A DNA stretch of 54,510 nucleotides from Candidatus Lambdaproteobacteria bacterium RIFOXYD2_FULL_50_16 (GCA_001783695.1 MFNE01000001.1:70-54579); one strand, 5' to 3'; positions 45,622 to 54,510 are shown, numbered from the stretch's first letter. The notes: generated from the sequence alone by a model not told the origin. A program made the numbers and translations.

Positions 45622-46364
45622 AAGCTAACCTGCTATTTATATTTGCCATTTTAGGGCTAAGCAGTCCGCTCTGGGCAGACCCGTTACTACCTTTAGAACA
45701 ACTAACCAAAGAGCCGGTCATCCGCTTTGCAGGTCTAGCAGCCTGCTCGAAACCGGCCAACAAAACCCCCTTTTCTAAACAGTTAGAAAATCTCTATTTA
45801 GCGCAAAAGGAGATTGAACTTAAAGCTCAAGGCCAGAGCCTGGTGGATCAAGAGCGCGCGATCAATCGGGTTAAATATCAATTACACAAAAGTATCAAAC
45901 CCACTCCCCCTTTTTGGGTTCTTTTAGAGGGGATGATTAGCCTAAAAAAAGTGGCCAGTGGCCAGGAGGTTACTTTTTATTTGCTACCTGACCCTAAAAC
46001 CGCCCCCCTTGAAGAACCTCAAAGTGCTTTTTACCGAAGAAACGGGATGAAACTATCTCCGCTAGAAGTGGGCGGGATCGAGATTCAGGTTGATTTAACC
46101 TTGATGATGTTTGCCGCTGGCGGTTGTGAGCTAAAAGAAGGTTGCGGCGAGGTGCCTTACCGGCAAAAATTCCAATTATCGCCAAATCTATTAACCCAAC
46201 TGCAAAAAAAAGAGGTTAGTATAACACTAGGCAAAGAAACCCACCAGGGCACTCCCGTTAAGCTGATTCTTGAAATCGATAACTGCGCACAAGGTTGGCA
46301 AGATCTACGACTTCGCTTGAAACCTTTGGCCTTCATATTCGCTGGGCAAGAAGTTCGTCCTTGA
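45618..46364 (+). CDS. Hypothetical exported protein
   Basis: Signal peptide MKANLLFIFAILGLSSPLWA; ATGA overlap with cinA; no recognised domain. Confidence 0.7.
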   Translation: MKANLLFIFAILGLSSPLWADPLLPLEQLTKEPVIRFAGLAACSKPANKTPFSKQLENLYLAQKEIELKAQGQSLVDQERAINRVKYQLHKSIKPTPPFWVLLEGMISLKKVASGQEVTFYLLPDPKTAPLEEPQSAFYRRNGMKLSPLEVGGIEIQVDLTLMMFAAGGCELKEGCGEVPYRQKFQLSPNLLTQLQKKEVSITLGKETHQGTPVKLILEIDNCAQGWQDLRLRLKPLAFIFAGQEVRP

Positions 46365-46390
46365 CAAAAATTTGCGAGGCTTGTTACCTA
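46361..46390 (+). promoter_or_regulatory. Possible rpsU promoter
   Basis: Perfect TTGACA overlapping the upstream stop codon; weak -10 (TTACCT/TACCTA). Confidence 0.4.
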
Positions 46391-46436
46391 GAAAGATAAA
46401 CCCAAACGGCAACGCTGCACAGGATAAAAGAGCCAC

Positions 46437-46646
46437 ATGGAAATTAAAGTCGTCAATAATCAGGTAGAACGTGCGATGCGCGAACTCAAGCGCTTGCTGA
46501 TCCGAGAAGGTCTGTTCAAAGAAATCAAAAAAAGGCGCTATTACGCCAAACCCTCGGTTCGCAATAAGCTTAAGCGCGAAGAGGCCGAAAAAACTCGGCA
46601 CAAAGACCGCAAGCGTGCTGCCGCTCGGGCTCGCAATTTCCTGTAG
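46437..46646 (+). CDS. rpsU: 30S ribosomal protein S21
   Basis: I.V.....E.A.R..KR.....G...E.K.R.YY.KPS; basic C-terminus. Confidence 0.93.
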   Translation: MEIKVVNNQVERAMRELKRLLIREGLFKEIKKRRYYAKPSVRNKLKREEAEKTRHKDRKRAAARARNFL

Positions 46647-46684
46647 TTGGTATTGCCCCTTCTTTTGGAAGGGTGCGCTAGGCC

Positions 46685-46717
46685 AAAAAACCGTCCCTTT
46701 TTGGACGGTTTTTTTTT
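46685..46717. terminator. Bidirectional intrinsic terminator between rpsU and the lipoyl ligase gene
   Basis: aaaaaaccgtcc-cttttt-ggacggttttttttt. Confidence 0.88.
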
Positions 46718-46770
46718 GCCTATAAGTCCCCCCTGTTTTTCGCCAAACTAAGGTTTGGTTTTCAATAAAA

Positions 46771-47514
46771 TCAAAGCCTATAACTCGCGGCTTGCGACTC
46801 TAAATGTCGCCATTGGGCTCGGGTTATCACCCACTCTTCCGCCTTGAGTCCAGCAGCGTCCTCATATTCGGCCTGCACTGCTTGGGCCAGTTCGCGCCAT
46901 AAGGGGACTTGACCTAAAGCGGCCTCTAAAGAGGTGCAACGATCGGTACTTTGATCCCCCCAAAGTTGCCGCCACCAGGGCTGCTCAATTTTTAGCAAGA
47001 TAGCCCCGTGTTGCAAAAACCGCCCCCTCCCCCGCCTTTGGGCTGAACCAATCAGCTTTTTGCCGCCTAGATGGACCTCAAAGGGGGAGAGTTGAGCAAA
47101 GCAGTTGTCCCCAGAGGGATGGAATTTACGAAGCGGGCCCAAGTCCGCCTCAACCCCTAATGTTTGCAAAGCTTTAACCAAGGGCAGGACCACTTGAGCG
47201 GTGCATTCGGCTACGGACTTAGAAAAAGGGGGCACGTCTGCGGATAACGCATAGGTCAACTCATGGTGATGCAGCACCGCTTGCCCACCTGTTGGCCGCC
47301 GGATTAGATCGATCCCTTGACTGCTTAAAAATTCCCGGTCAACCCCCTCTAAGCTTTGGTTTTTTCCCAAACTTAAACAGGGCCTTTTCCAGTGATAAAA
47401 CCGCAAAAAGGCCCCTTTTTGATCTAGCATCCAACGGTCCAGGGCCATATGTAGGCCGCCATCACTATCTAAAGGGGCTATTAGATGGAGTTGATCTAAG
47501 TTCGGAAACTCCAT
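46771..47514 (-). CDS. Lipoate-protein ligase/octanoyltransferase (LplA/LipM family); start ATG 47514
   Basis: MA.D, LRFY.W..P.LSLG.NQ, RRPTGG.AVLH, ELTY, GKKLIGSAQ.R, LQHG; TAATG coupling to the U32 gene. Confidence 0.88.
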   Translation of the reverse strand: MEFPNLDQLHLIAPLDSDGGLHMALDRWMLDQKGAFLRFYHWKRPCLSLGKNQSLEGVDREFLSSQGIDLIRRPTGGQAVLHHHELTYALSADVPPFSKSVAECTAQVVLPLVKALQTLGVEADLGPLRKFHPSGDNCFAQLSPFEVHLGGKKLIGSAQRRGRGRFLQHGAILLKIEQPWWRQLWGDQSTDRCTSLEAALGQVPLWRELAQAVQAEYEDAAGLKAEEWVITRAQWRHLESQAASYRL

Positions 47515-48665
47515 TAAGCCCCCAGCATACGGGCCACAACCCATGGGCCTAGATTGGTCGGGGCGTCCAACCAAACCACCTGCCCAGGTTGGGCCACCAA
47601 TTGGGGCTCGCCTCCAAGACCTACCATCTTTTCTAAAGCCACCTTCCAAGTCCGCCCGTCAAAACCCAATAATTCCAATTCTTCTCCCAATTTAAGCCGA
47701 TTTTTGGCTAAAAACACCAACCTTCCATCCACCTGTTCTAAAACCTGCCCAGCCATTTGCCAAGGGGAGGCTAGATGATCGTCAGCGTCCCAGGTTTGCT
47801 CTATATCAGCTGGGCGATCCAGGCTTCCAGTGCCATAGTCACGGTGCGGGATTTTTTCGAGTTCCTCAGCCCAAAAAGGCCAAGTTTGCGGTTGGTCGAG
47901 AACCGACCGGTAAGCCCTTACGGTGGTCGCCAAATAAAGGCCCGACTTCATTCGGCCCTCAATTTTGAGGGCGTCGATCCCTAATGCTTGGGCCCGGCCA
48001 ACCAGTTCAATCCCTCGCAAATCCTTAGCACTCATAAAATGGCTAGACCTGAGCGTTTCCCCCTGTTCCAACTGATAATTAAATCGGCAAGAATGGACAC
48101 ACCCCCCCTGATTTGAATCCCGCCCGGCCATGTAGTTGCTGATGGTACAATGCCCAGAAAAAGACATACACATCGCCCCCTGGATAAAAACTTCCACCTC
48201 TAGGCCCGTCTTTTCTTTGATCTGGGCTGCCTGCTCCAGGCTGGTTTCCCGCCCCAACACCACCCGGCTTACCCCCATATCGCGGTAAAACGCCGCTGTA
48301 GCGCTATTTAAAACCGAAGCTTGGGTGCTTAAGTGAATGGGCAATTGAGGCGACCAATCTCTAACCGTTTCAACCACCGCCAGATCTGAACAAATCACGC
48401 CATCTGGGCGCTCTGAGAGTTCGGATAAAAACCCTGGCAATTCGGCTAATTCGAGATCGGGCAAGACCGCATTGAGAGCAAGGTAGGTTTTTTTGCCCAA
48501 CTGTCGGGCGTAACTGAAGGCCTCCCTCAATTGGCTTTTAGAAAAATTATCCGCCCCTGAACGCAGGCCAAAGCGCCGCCCAGCTAAATAAACCGCGTCC
48601 GCTCCATAGGCAAATGCGATTTTTAACTTTTCCGAATTCCCGGCAGGTGCTACCAATTGACTCAT
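47514..48665 (-). CDS. U32 'peptidase' family Fe-S protein (TrhP/YegQ-like tRNA hydroxylation)
   Basis: APAG, GADAVY, IHLSTQ, E.F..GAMC.S.SG.C, N.G.C...CR, LKIEGRMK. Confidence 0.88.
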   Translation of the reverse strand: MSQLVAPAGNSEKLKIAFAYGADAVYLAGRRFGLRSGADNFSKSQLREAFSYARQLGKKTYLALNAVLPDLELAELPGFLSELSERPDGVICSDLAVVETVRDWSPQLPIHLSTQASVLNSATAAFYRDMGVSRVVLGRETSLEQAAQIKEKTGLEVEVFIQGAMCMSFSGHCTISNYMAGRDSNQGGCVHSCRFNYQLEQGETLRSSHFMSAKDLRGIELVGRAQALGIDALKIEGRMKSGLYLATTVRAYRSVLDQPQTWPFWAEELEKIPHRDYGTGSLDRPADIEQTWDADDHLASPWQMAGQVLEQVDGRLVFLAKNRLKLGEELELLGFDGRTWKVALEKMVGLGGEPQLVAQPGQVVWLDAPTNLGPWVVARMLGA

Positions 48666-48682
48666 CTTAAACCAAACCTTTG

Positions 48683-50692
48683 ATGTCTTTCGATCTCAGT
48701 TCCCTCAATCCCCAACAGCGCCAAGCGGTCACCCTGATCGACCGCCCCCTATTGCTTTTAGCCGGGGCGGGCTCTGGTAAGACGCGAGTGATTACCTTTC
48801 GCATTGCCCACCTAATCGAACGGGGCATTCCGGCAAAAAAAATCCTGGCTTTGACCTTCACGAACAAAGCCGCAGGCGAAATGGCCGAGCGGGTCAAGGA
48901 ACTCTTAGGACCCCAAGGTCGGGGAGTAACCGTCACTACCTTTCACAGCCTTTGTGTCCGTTTTTTAAGGGAGTACATCCACCTTTTAGGCTACCAAAAG
49001 GATTTTGTCATCTTCGACACCGCCGGGCAGATGGCCTGTGTTAAAAATTGTTTAGAAGAAATAGACCTCGACTCTAGCCCGGCAAACGTTAAGTCGATCT
49101 ATTTCGAAATCATGAAACACAAGGGCGATGGTCTTAAACCCAAAGACCTAACCGACCAGACCAAAAACCCACACGCCGTCCAATTGGGCAAATTATACCT
49201 AGAGTACAACAAACACCTCAAAGACTACAATGCGTTGGACTTTGAAGATATTTTGTACAAAGGCTTAGAACTTTTCGAAGCCTTTCCTAGCGAGGTGGAG
49301 CCTTTGTTTGAAAGATACCACCAGGTGATGGTGGACGAATACCAAGATACCAACCGGGTGCAGTATCGGTTAATTAAATTTCTTAGCGAACGCCGCCGCC
49401 GCCTTTGTGTGGTCGGGGATGATGATCAGTCGATTTATGGTTGGCGCGGGGCTGACCTACGTAACATCTTGGATTTCCAAAAGGACTATCCTGACGCTGA
49501 GGTGATCCGTCTGGAGCAAAACTACCGCTCTACCGATGTGATCCTCAAGGCCGCTAACTCAGTTATCGAGAACAACGGTTCGCGCATGGCAAAAACTCTC
49601 TGGACTTCAGATCAAAACGGGGCGCCCTTGCGCTGGGTCAAGATGCCGACCGTTGCCGAAGAACTCGATGAAGTGATCCATCGCTGTCAAGTTTTCCGCA
49701 TCCGCCATTCCGCCAAGTGGTCAGACTTTGCCTTTTTGTACCGCAGCAACTTCCAGTCCCGCGCTATCGAAGAAGCCTTGCGGGAAGCGTCAATCCCCTA
49801 CCAAATGATTGGTGGCACCAAGTTTTTTGACCGTAAAGAGATCCAAGATTGCTTGGCCTACCTCCGTTTTTTACACAATCCCAAAGACGAGGTGAGTCTT
49901 TTTCGGATTCTAAACTACCCTCGCCGCGGGATTGGCAAGTCTTCGGTCGAGGCGATAGGCAAGGCTAGGCAAGATGGGCGGGGCTTTTATGAGGTGATGA
50001 CCCGTGCCGGGTACCTGACTGACTTGGGGCCAAGGGAGTTAGAATCAATTGCTTCCTTCGTATCTTTAGTCGAAGAGCACAAAATCCGCCTTAACGAGGG
50101 TGAGCCCTACGCTTTGGTGTTTAAAGAGCTTTTTGAGCGAATGGATATTGAAGGGGAAATTGTCCGCAGTGAAAAAGACGAAGGAAAAAGCGAAAAAAAG
50201 GTAACTAACTATTTAGAGTTTATTAACACCCTTTATCTTTATGGGGAACGGCGCGAGGGCTCCGCACTTAATGACTTTTTAGACTACGTTTCCCTTTTTA
50301 CGGACCAAGACGGGCTCGATGAAAAGGCGGATAAGGTTAACCTTTTAACCGTCCATTCGGCCAAAGGTTTAGAGTTTACCCTAGTGGCACTAGTGGGAAT
50401 GACCGAGGATCAATTTCCTTCCAAGCGCTCGGTCCAAGACGGTCAAATTGAAGAGGAGCGAAGGTTGTTTTATGTCGCCATGACCCGAGCCAAAAAGGAG
50501 TTGGTGCTCTCGATGTCCGATTCGCGGATGTATTATGGGGAGTATATAAAAAATCAACCGAGCCGGTTTATTAAGGAAATCAAACCTGAACTCTTCGAGA
50601 AACCACCTTTCGCCGAAGAAGCCCCTGAAAAATCAGAGGCCCGCAAAGCAGATGCCCGTGCTGATTTTTTCGCCCGCTTGAAAAAAAGCTAA
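48683..50692 (+). CDS. UvrD/PcrA/Rep superfamily 1 DNA helicase
   Basis: AGAGSGKT, TFTNKAA, VDEYQDTN, VGDDDQSIYGWRGA, QNYRST, TVHSAKGLEF, EERRLFYVAMTRA. Confidence 0.96.
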   Translation: MSFDLSSLNPQQRQAVTLIDRPLLLLAGAGSGKTRVITFRIAHLIERGIPAKKILALTFTNKAAGEMAERVKELLGPQGRGVTVTTFHSLCVRFLREYIHLLGYQKDFVIFDTAGQMACVKNCLEEIDLDSSPANVKSIYFEIMKHKGDGLKPKDLTDQTKNPHAVQLGKLYLEYNKHLKDYNALDFEDILYKGLELFEAFPSEVEPLFERYHQVMVDEYQDTNRVQYRLIKFLSERRRRLCVVGDDDQSIYGWRGADLRNILDFQKDYPDAEVIRLEQNYRSTDVILKAANSVIENNGSRMAKTLWTSDQNGAPLRWVKMPTVAEELDEVIHRCQVFRIRHSAKWSDFAFLYRSNFQSRAIEEALREASIPYQMIGGTKFFDRKEIQDCLAYLRFLHNPKDEVSLFRILNYPRRGIGKSSVEAIGKARQDGRGFYEVMTRAGYLTDLGPRELESIASFVSLVEEHKIRLNEGEPYALVFKELFERMDIEGEIVRSEKDEGKSEKKVTNYLEFINTLYLYGERREGSALNDFLDYVSLFTDQDGLDEKADKVNLLTVHSAKGLEFTLVALVGMTEDQFPSKRSVQDGQIEEERRLFYVAMTRAKKELVLSMSDSRMYYGEYIKNQPSRFIKEIKPELFEKPPFAEEAPEKSEARKADARADFFARLKKS

Positions 50693-50698
50693 TCCCCT

Positions 50699-50727
50699 TT
50701 GACCTGGGCCCAAGGCCCGATTAAGCT
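50699..50727 (+). promoter_or_regulatory. Sigma70 promoter of dsbA-like/cutA/ppi
   Basis: TTGACC-N17-TAAGCT, 21 bp upstream of the ATG. Confidence 0.6.
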
Positions 50728-50748
50728 TGAGCCAAACAGGACCCGGAT

Positions 50749-51393
50749 ATGACCCTTTTTATAGAATTTTTCCACGATCCCCTTTGCGCCTTTTGTTACA
50801 TCTTTTCTGCAAGGCTTCGCAGTCTCGTAGAAGAGATAGAAGGCTTAGAGATTGAGCACCGTGCGTTTGCTTTAAGCGCAGATCAAAACGATTTGATTAG
50901 GCGTTATGGCTCAAACCAAGCGGGCAAAGAGGCGATTTTGAACCAGTGGAAACGCGCTTTAAGCTTAGAGCCTCAAGCACAGATCAACCTGGAATCCATG
51001 GCCAAGGCCAGCTTTGATTTTCCCTACTCTCTGCCTCCTTTGTTAGCCCTAAAGGCCATCGAAAACCAGTTGGGGGCATCGGGGCATTGGGACTATTTTG
51101 AGCTTCTACAACAAGCCCATTTAAGCGAAGCACGTAATCTAAACGACCCTGAGGTGTTAATCGAGTTGGCGATGGGTCTAGGTGCTAAGCGCAAGCTTTT
51201 TATTGAAGACATGGCTACCCCAGATACCTTAGAACTAGTCGAGGCCGACTTAGAACTAGCTCGAATGTATCAGGTACACGCAGTGCCTAGTTTAGTGGTC
51301 GAACGCGGAGAATGGGTGATCAGCGGGGCGCTTGATCTAAGCGACCTCAAAGCCCGTATTTTAGCCATTCAAAAAGACATTCAAGGAGATTGA
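50749..51393 (+). CDS. DsbA/FrnE-family thiol oxidoreductase (cytoplasmic)
   Basis: F.DPLCAFCY (CxxC), cis-Pro VPS, ISGA; no signal peptide. Confidence 0.85.
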   Translation: MTLFIEFFHDPLCAFCYIFSARLRSLVEEIEGLEIEHRAFALSADQNDLIRRYGSNQAGKEAILNQWKRALSLEPQAQINLESMAKASFDFPYSLPPLLALKAIENQLGASGHWDYFELLQQAHLSEARNLNDPEVLIELAMGLGAKRKLFIEDMATPDTLELVEADLELARMYQVHAVPSLVVERGEWVISGALDLSDLKARILAIQKDIQGD

Positions 51394-51716
51394 TGGAAAC
51401 CTCCCTTTTACAAGTCACCACCACCTTACCTAGCGAAGTGCAGGCGCAAGAGTTAGGTCAAATCCTTGTCGAAGAACGTCTAGCTGCCTGCGCCCAAACC
51501 TCGGGCCCCATAGTTAGCCATTTTTTTTGGAAAGATGAATATTGCGAAGAAACCGAATGGCGGCTTACCTTAAAAACCCAAGCCTCCCGTTATGGTGACT
51601 TAGAGGAACGAATCAAAGAACTCCATCCCTACGAACTACCTCAAATCATTGCTGTAAAAATCGCTCAGGCCTACCTGCCCTACGAAGATTGGGTCAAACA
51701 CAATACCGAAGACTAA
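51393..51716 (+). CDS. cutA: Divalent-cation tolerance protein CutA
   Basis: [12 protein letters not shown]...[13 protein letters not shown]. Confidence 0.93.
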   Translation: METSLLQVTTTLPSEVQAQELGQILVEERLAACAQTSGPIVSHFFWKDEYCEETEWRLTLKTQASRYGDLEERIKELHPYELPQIIAVKIAQAYLPYEDWVKHNTED

Positions 51717-51717
51717 G

Positions 51718-52326
51718 ATGAAAAAACTACTTCTTTTGGCCCTAATCGTTTTTTGTACCCACCCCCTTTGGGCGGCAGACGGAATTTTTGCCGAAATCAA
51801 GACCAACAAGGGGATAATCAAGGCTGAACTTTTTTACGAAGCGGTCCCGGTGGTGGTGGAAAACTTTGTCCGCCTAGCTGAAGGCACCCGCCAATGGCGT
51901 ATCCCCAATACGGAAAACGCCGTTTATCAGCCCTTTTATGAAAACCTGATCTTTCACCGGGTGATCAAAGATTTTATGATCCAAACTGGTGACCCAACTG
52001 GCACCGGGTTAGGCGGACCGGGCTATTATTTCCCCGATCAATTTAGCCCCAAACATCTGCATGCAGGCCCCGGAGTCTTGTCTATGGCCAACCATGGACC
52101 CGCGACCAATGGCAGCCAGTTTTTTATTACCCACATAGCCACCCCCTGGCTAGACGGGAAACACTCGGTTTTTGGGCAGGTGACCGAAGGTATAAACGTA
52201 GTTAATCAGATTGAACAAGGAGACCGTTTGCTATCGGTCAAGATTCTTCGGGTTGGTCCCAAGGCCGAGGCTTTTGCTTCGGGAAAAGTAGCTAGCGAGT
52301 TGCCTAAGCATCCGCCTAAACCCTGA
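51718..52326 (+). CDS. Exported cyclophilin-type peptidyl-prolyl isomerase
   Basis: Signal peptide; [46 protein letters not shown]. Confidence 0.95.
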   Translation: MKKLLLLALIVFCTHPLWAADGIFAEIKTNKGIIKAELFYEAVPVVVENFVRLAEGTRQWRIPNTENAVYQPFYENLIFHRVIKDFMIQTGDPTGTGLGGPGYYFPDQFSPKHLHAGPGVLSMANHGPATNGSQFFITHIATPWLDGKHSVFGQVTEGINVVNQIEQGDRLLSVKILRVGPKAEAFASGKVASELPKHPPKP

Positions 52327-52332
52327 CCCAAC

Positions 52333-52361
52333 TTGTCGATTGATCTGGATTAAGCTACAAT
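52333..52361 (+). promoter_or_regulatory. Sigma70 promoter of the 40-aa small ORF
   Basis: TTGTCG-N17-TACAAT. Confidence 0.55.
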
Positions 52362-52408
52362 CTTAGGGTAGGGCGGTTTTTCCATAGGCTGCATATCCAG
52401 GAGTTTGT

Positions 52409-52531
52409 ATGGAGGCTATCCTAATAACCTTACTATTAATTGGACTCAGTCTAGGCCTTGGCTACCACCTGGGCCGAGAAATTTTACGGTTTATCGACAA
52501 AAAGGCCCGTAAAAATCAAAGGCGGCGCTAA
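52409..52531 (+). CDS. Small single-pass membrane protein (40 aa), absent from the ORF track
   Basis: MEAILITLLLIGLSLGLGYHLGREILRFIDKKARKNQRRR*; AGGAG SD at 52399-52403; own promoter. Confidence 0.7.
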   Translation: MEAILITLLLIGLSLGLGYHLGREILRFIDKKARKNQRRR

Positions 52532-52968
52532 TTCGCTCGGTCCAGGGTTTTAGTCTGTGGTTGGGATTGATAGCCCAAGACGTTTAGCCGTCCAAAGAGT
52601 TGATCCCTTATCCGCCTGAAAGCGTCTGCCCTTTGTTCGTGAGTTTCACCGATCTTAGCCGGGTCCTCGAAGGGTAGATGAATCCAAACCTTGGTTTTAA
52701 CTAAATCCGTATTTTCTAGTTCTGGTGATAGGGTTACTAATAGATCGTATCCTCGTCTGGGCAACTCATCTAAGGCTTTAGAGACCAACCCTTTAATTTC
52801 GATCTCCCGCTCGGCCAGCGCGTTTAAAGCCAAAACATGCAGCCCACCAGAAATGATCCCAGCACTGTAAACCTCCCAATGAGTACCAAACAAATGCCGA
52901 AAAATGGCTTCAGCCATCAACCCATTGGTGGCGTTATTTTGGTCTAAAAAGAGGATTTTTCCTTTCAT
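52528..52968 (-). CDS. LMW-PTP/ArsC-fold protein with degenerate active site
   Basis: ILFL...N....MAEA, YSAG, SK.L, D...TL, F.DP, FRR.RD fold motifs; P-loop reads DQNNATNG instead of CxxNxxRS. Confidence 0.8.
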   Translation of the reverse strand: MKGKILFLDQNNATNGLMAEAIFRHLFGTHWEVYSAGIISGGLHVLALNALAEREIEIKGLVSKALDELPRRGYDLLVTLSPELENTDLVKTKVWIHLPFEDPAKIGETHEQRADAFRRIRDQLFGRLNVLGYQSQPQTKTLDRAN

Positions 52969-53235
52969 ATTATTCTCCGTTGGCCTTCATATTCCCCTAA
53001 TAAGGGAAGCAAAAGGCAGAAACTGGTAAATTTAGCGTAAATTTACGATTTTTCAAAAGAGTCCTTGAACTAGAAATAACACCCCATAGACAATAGTTTG
53101 TTTTATAAAGTTTTTTATTCTCTGTAGCTTGCCTTTTTATAGGTAATTAAAGCTTTTCAAAAGCCAGATTAGATGTTAGAAAGTTGTAAATTTTATTGCC
53201 CGTTACGGGAAAACCCCTACCCCTTTGAAAAAACC

Positions 53236-53901
53236 ATGTTTAAACGATTTTTTGTTGTGGCCATGTTTGGCCTAATCGCTCCTTTGGCCTTCGCCCAGGA
53301 AGAGGCGGCTCAGGAAGCAGCTGCTCAAGCCCATGAAACCGCCGCTGACGCACAAGCTTCTCACGAAGGTGGGGATGAGCATGGTGCGGCGGCTGGTGGG
53401 ATATATGTGGTGGGTAAATACTTCACCAGCCCCGGCGCAAGCTATCAGCATAGTGGCCATACCATAAAAGGCGAAACCGCCAGCGGGTTTGGCGTGGATG
53501 TGGGTTATACCTTGGGTGGCCCTTTGGCTGTTGAATTTGCCTACTCGACCGGTTCTGGAACTGTTGGCGAAGGTCAAATTGCCCCTATAAGCCATTTAAG
53601 CGCGAGCACCACCACCGAAAAAGTTACGGCTACGGCCAACTATTCTAGTATGGCGCTGGTCGGGGTTTACACCCTACACTTGAGCGAAAAGGGTGGGTTG
53701 ATTGGTAAACTGGGTTTGATCTCTGAAACCGAAGACCTAGGTGAACTGGCGGACGCCGCTTCTAGCTCGGGTGTAGTTTATGCCATCGGGTACGAACACA
53801 AACTCTTTGGCCACAACGAAGTTGTAGTTGAATACGAAGACACCAACATCGAAGGCCCCCGCGCCTACACCCTGTTCTTGGGCTGGAAACACGGTTTCTA
53901 A
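53236..53901 (+). CDS. Outer-membrane beta-barrel protein (OmpA-barrel-like) with Ala/Glu/His-rich N-terminus; start ATG 53236
   Basis: Signal peptide ending AFA; G...GY....LAVE..Y; alternating strands; C-terminal LGWKHGF. Confidence 0.75.
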   Translation: MFKRFFVVAMFGLIAPLAFAQEEAAQEAAAQAHETAADAQASHEGGDEHGAAAGGIYVVGKYFTSPGASYQHSGHTIKGETASGFGVDVGYTLGGPLAVEFAYSTGSGTVGEGQIAPISHLSASTTTEKVTATANYSSMALVGVYTLHLSEKGGLIGKLGLISETEDLGELADAASSSGVVYAIGYEHKLFGHNEVVVEYEDTNIEGPRAYTLFLGWKHGF

Positions 53902-53924
53902 GGCGAAGTTCCAACTTAAGCTTT

Positions 53925-53964
53925 AAGAGGCCGGTTCCTTCTAAAGGAATCGGCCTTTTTTTTT
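53925..53964 (+). terminator. Intrinsic terminator between the OM protein gene and convergent pfaD
   Basis: aggccggttcctt-cta-aaggaatcggcc followed by T9. Confidence 0.85.
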
Positions 53965-53989
53965 GCCCTATCCTTAGGCCGACTTGGAC

Positions 53990-54510
53990 CTATTGTTGAG
54001 GATGGTAAAAGGCCAAGGAAGCGGGGAGGCGGACGCCTTGGAGTTCGAGCATCCGCAAGCGAGCCAGATAGGCCGTGCCCTTTAGTACTTGCTCGGCGAC
54101 CTTGACCGCTAGGCGGTTTTGGGGCGCTTCTAAATAACTTCCCCTAACCCAATCGTTAAAGGCACCCATCGCAGGTCCGGTCCAAATCTGGTAGTCCATC
54201 TCCCGCCCAGGGGTATGGGCCTTGGCCCAATGGCTCGATTGTCCGAGGTACCAGCGAAAGACCAAGGCCATCCGCTTTTTAGGGTTGGATTCGGCCTTTT
54301 TTAGTTCTGCCGGGTCACGCTGATTAAAGAAATTGACACAATCAGCCCATACCTCATCCAGCCCTTTTTTAAACAGTTGGGCTTCCAACTTTTGGCGTTC
54401 GGCCAAAGGAATCTCTTCCATACTGTTATAGGACTGATATAAATCATATAATTTCTGGGCCCGCATGGCAAAAAGGCTGCCCCGACGTAGCACCTGCAAC
54501 TTAACCCCCT
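53990..54510 (-). CDS. pfaD: PfaD-family FMN enoyl reductase (PUFA/polyketide synthase), 3' part; 5' end lies outside the window
   Basis: QVL.RG..F..RA.KLY.LY..Y, MALVFRWY, DYQIW.GPAMGAFN.WV motifs. Confidence 0.85.
   Translation of the reverse strand, partial: GVKLQVLRRGSLFAMRAQKLYDLYQSYNSMEEIPLAERQKLEAQLFKKGLDEVWADCVNFFNQRDPAELKKAESNPKKRMALVFRWYLGQSSHWAKAHTPGREMDYQIWTGPAMGAFNDWVRGSYLEAPQNRLAVKVAEQVLKGTAYLARLRMLELQGVRLPASLAFYHPQQ

Noticed and set aside
1-54510. CRISPR arrays, tRNA/rRNA, IS elements, prophage or retron/DGR signatures
   Set aside because: No regularly spaced repeats, cloverleafs, transposase, integrase or reverse transcriptase motifs seen by eye; a short or divergent RNA could still be missed without Infernal/tRNAscan

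Overview
A 54.5-kb, gene-dense, mostly housekeeping bacterial chromosome segment. The gene set (futalosine mqnA, stand-alone spirochete/planctomycete/delta-type EF-G1, PTS-Ntr, pfaD) suggests a deltaproteobacteria-like or SAR324-related Gram-negative; this is inference only. I saw no rRNA, tRNA, CRISPR array, integrase or transposase. Main blocks: (-) rpoN-cesT/ybjN-pspA-ihfB; divergent nagZ/anmK peptidoglycan-recycling pair; larC C-terminal half and DUF2062; (+) leuA, lon-miaA-GGQ protein, REC-degenerate GGDEF; a tightly coupled operon of a 5-module Cys-capped pentapeptide-repeat protein, nucleotidyltransferase, ptsN, PTS IIA(Man), RDD-like, HD hydrolase and pyrC; SDR and divergent purF; an 11-subunit complex I (nuoABCDHIJKLMN, no nuoEFG) followed by a 1517-aa pyruvate:ferredoxin oxidoreductase; lipoprotein, Omp85 and membrane AraC; fusA, mqnA, cinA, rpsU, lipoyl ligase, U32, uvrD, dsbA-cutA-ppi; a degenerate ArsC, an OM beta-barrel and a partial pfaD. 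The best candidate for a novel system is the 'headless' complex I plus PFOR locus. Its NuoL transverse helix carries an exact 26-residue internal repeat, the type of lengthening associated with four-antiporter '2M' complexes, yet the operon has only one nuoM, and NuoI has a Lys-rich tail. All family assignments come from motif recognition, not database searches.
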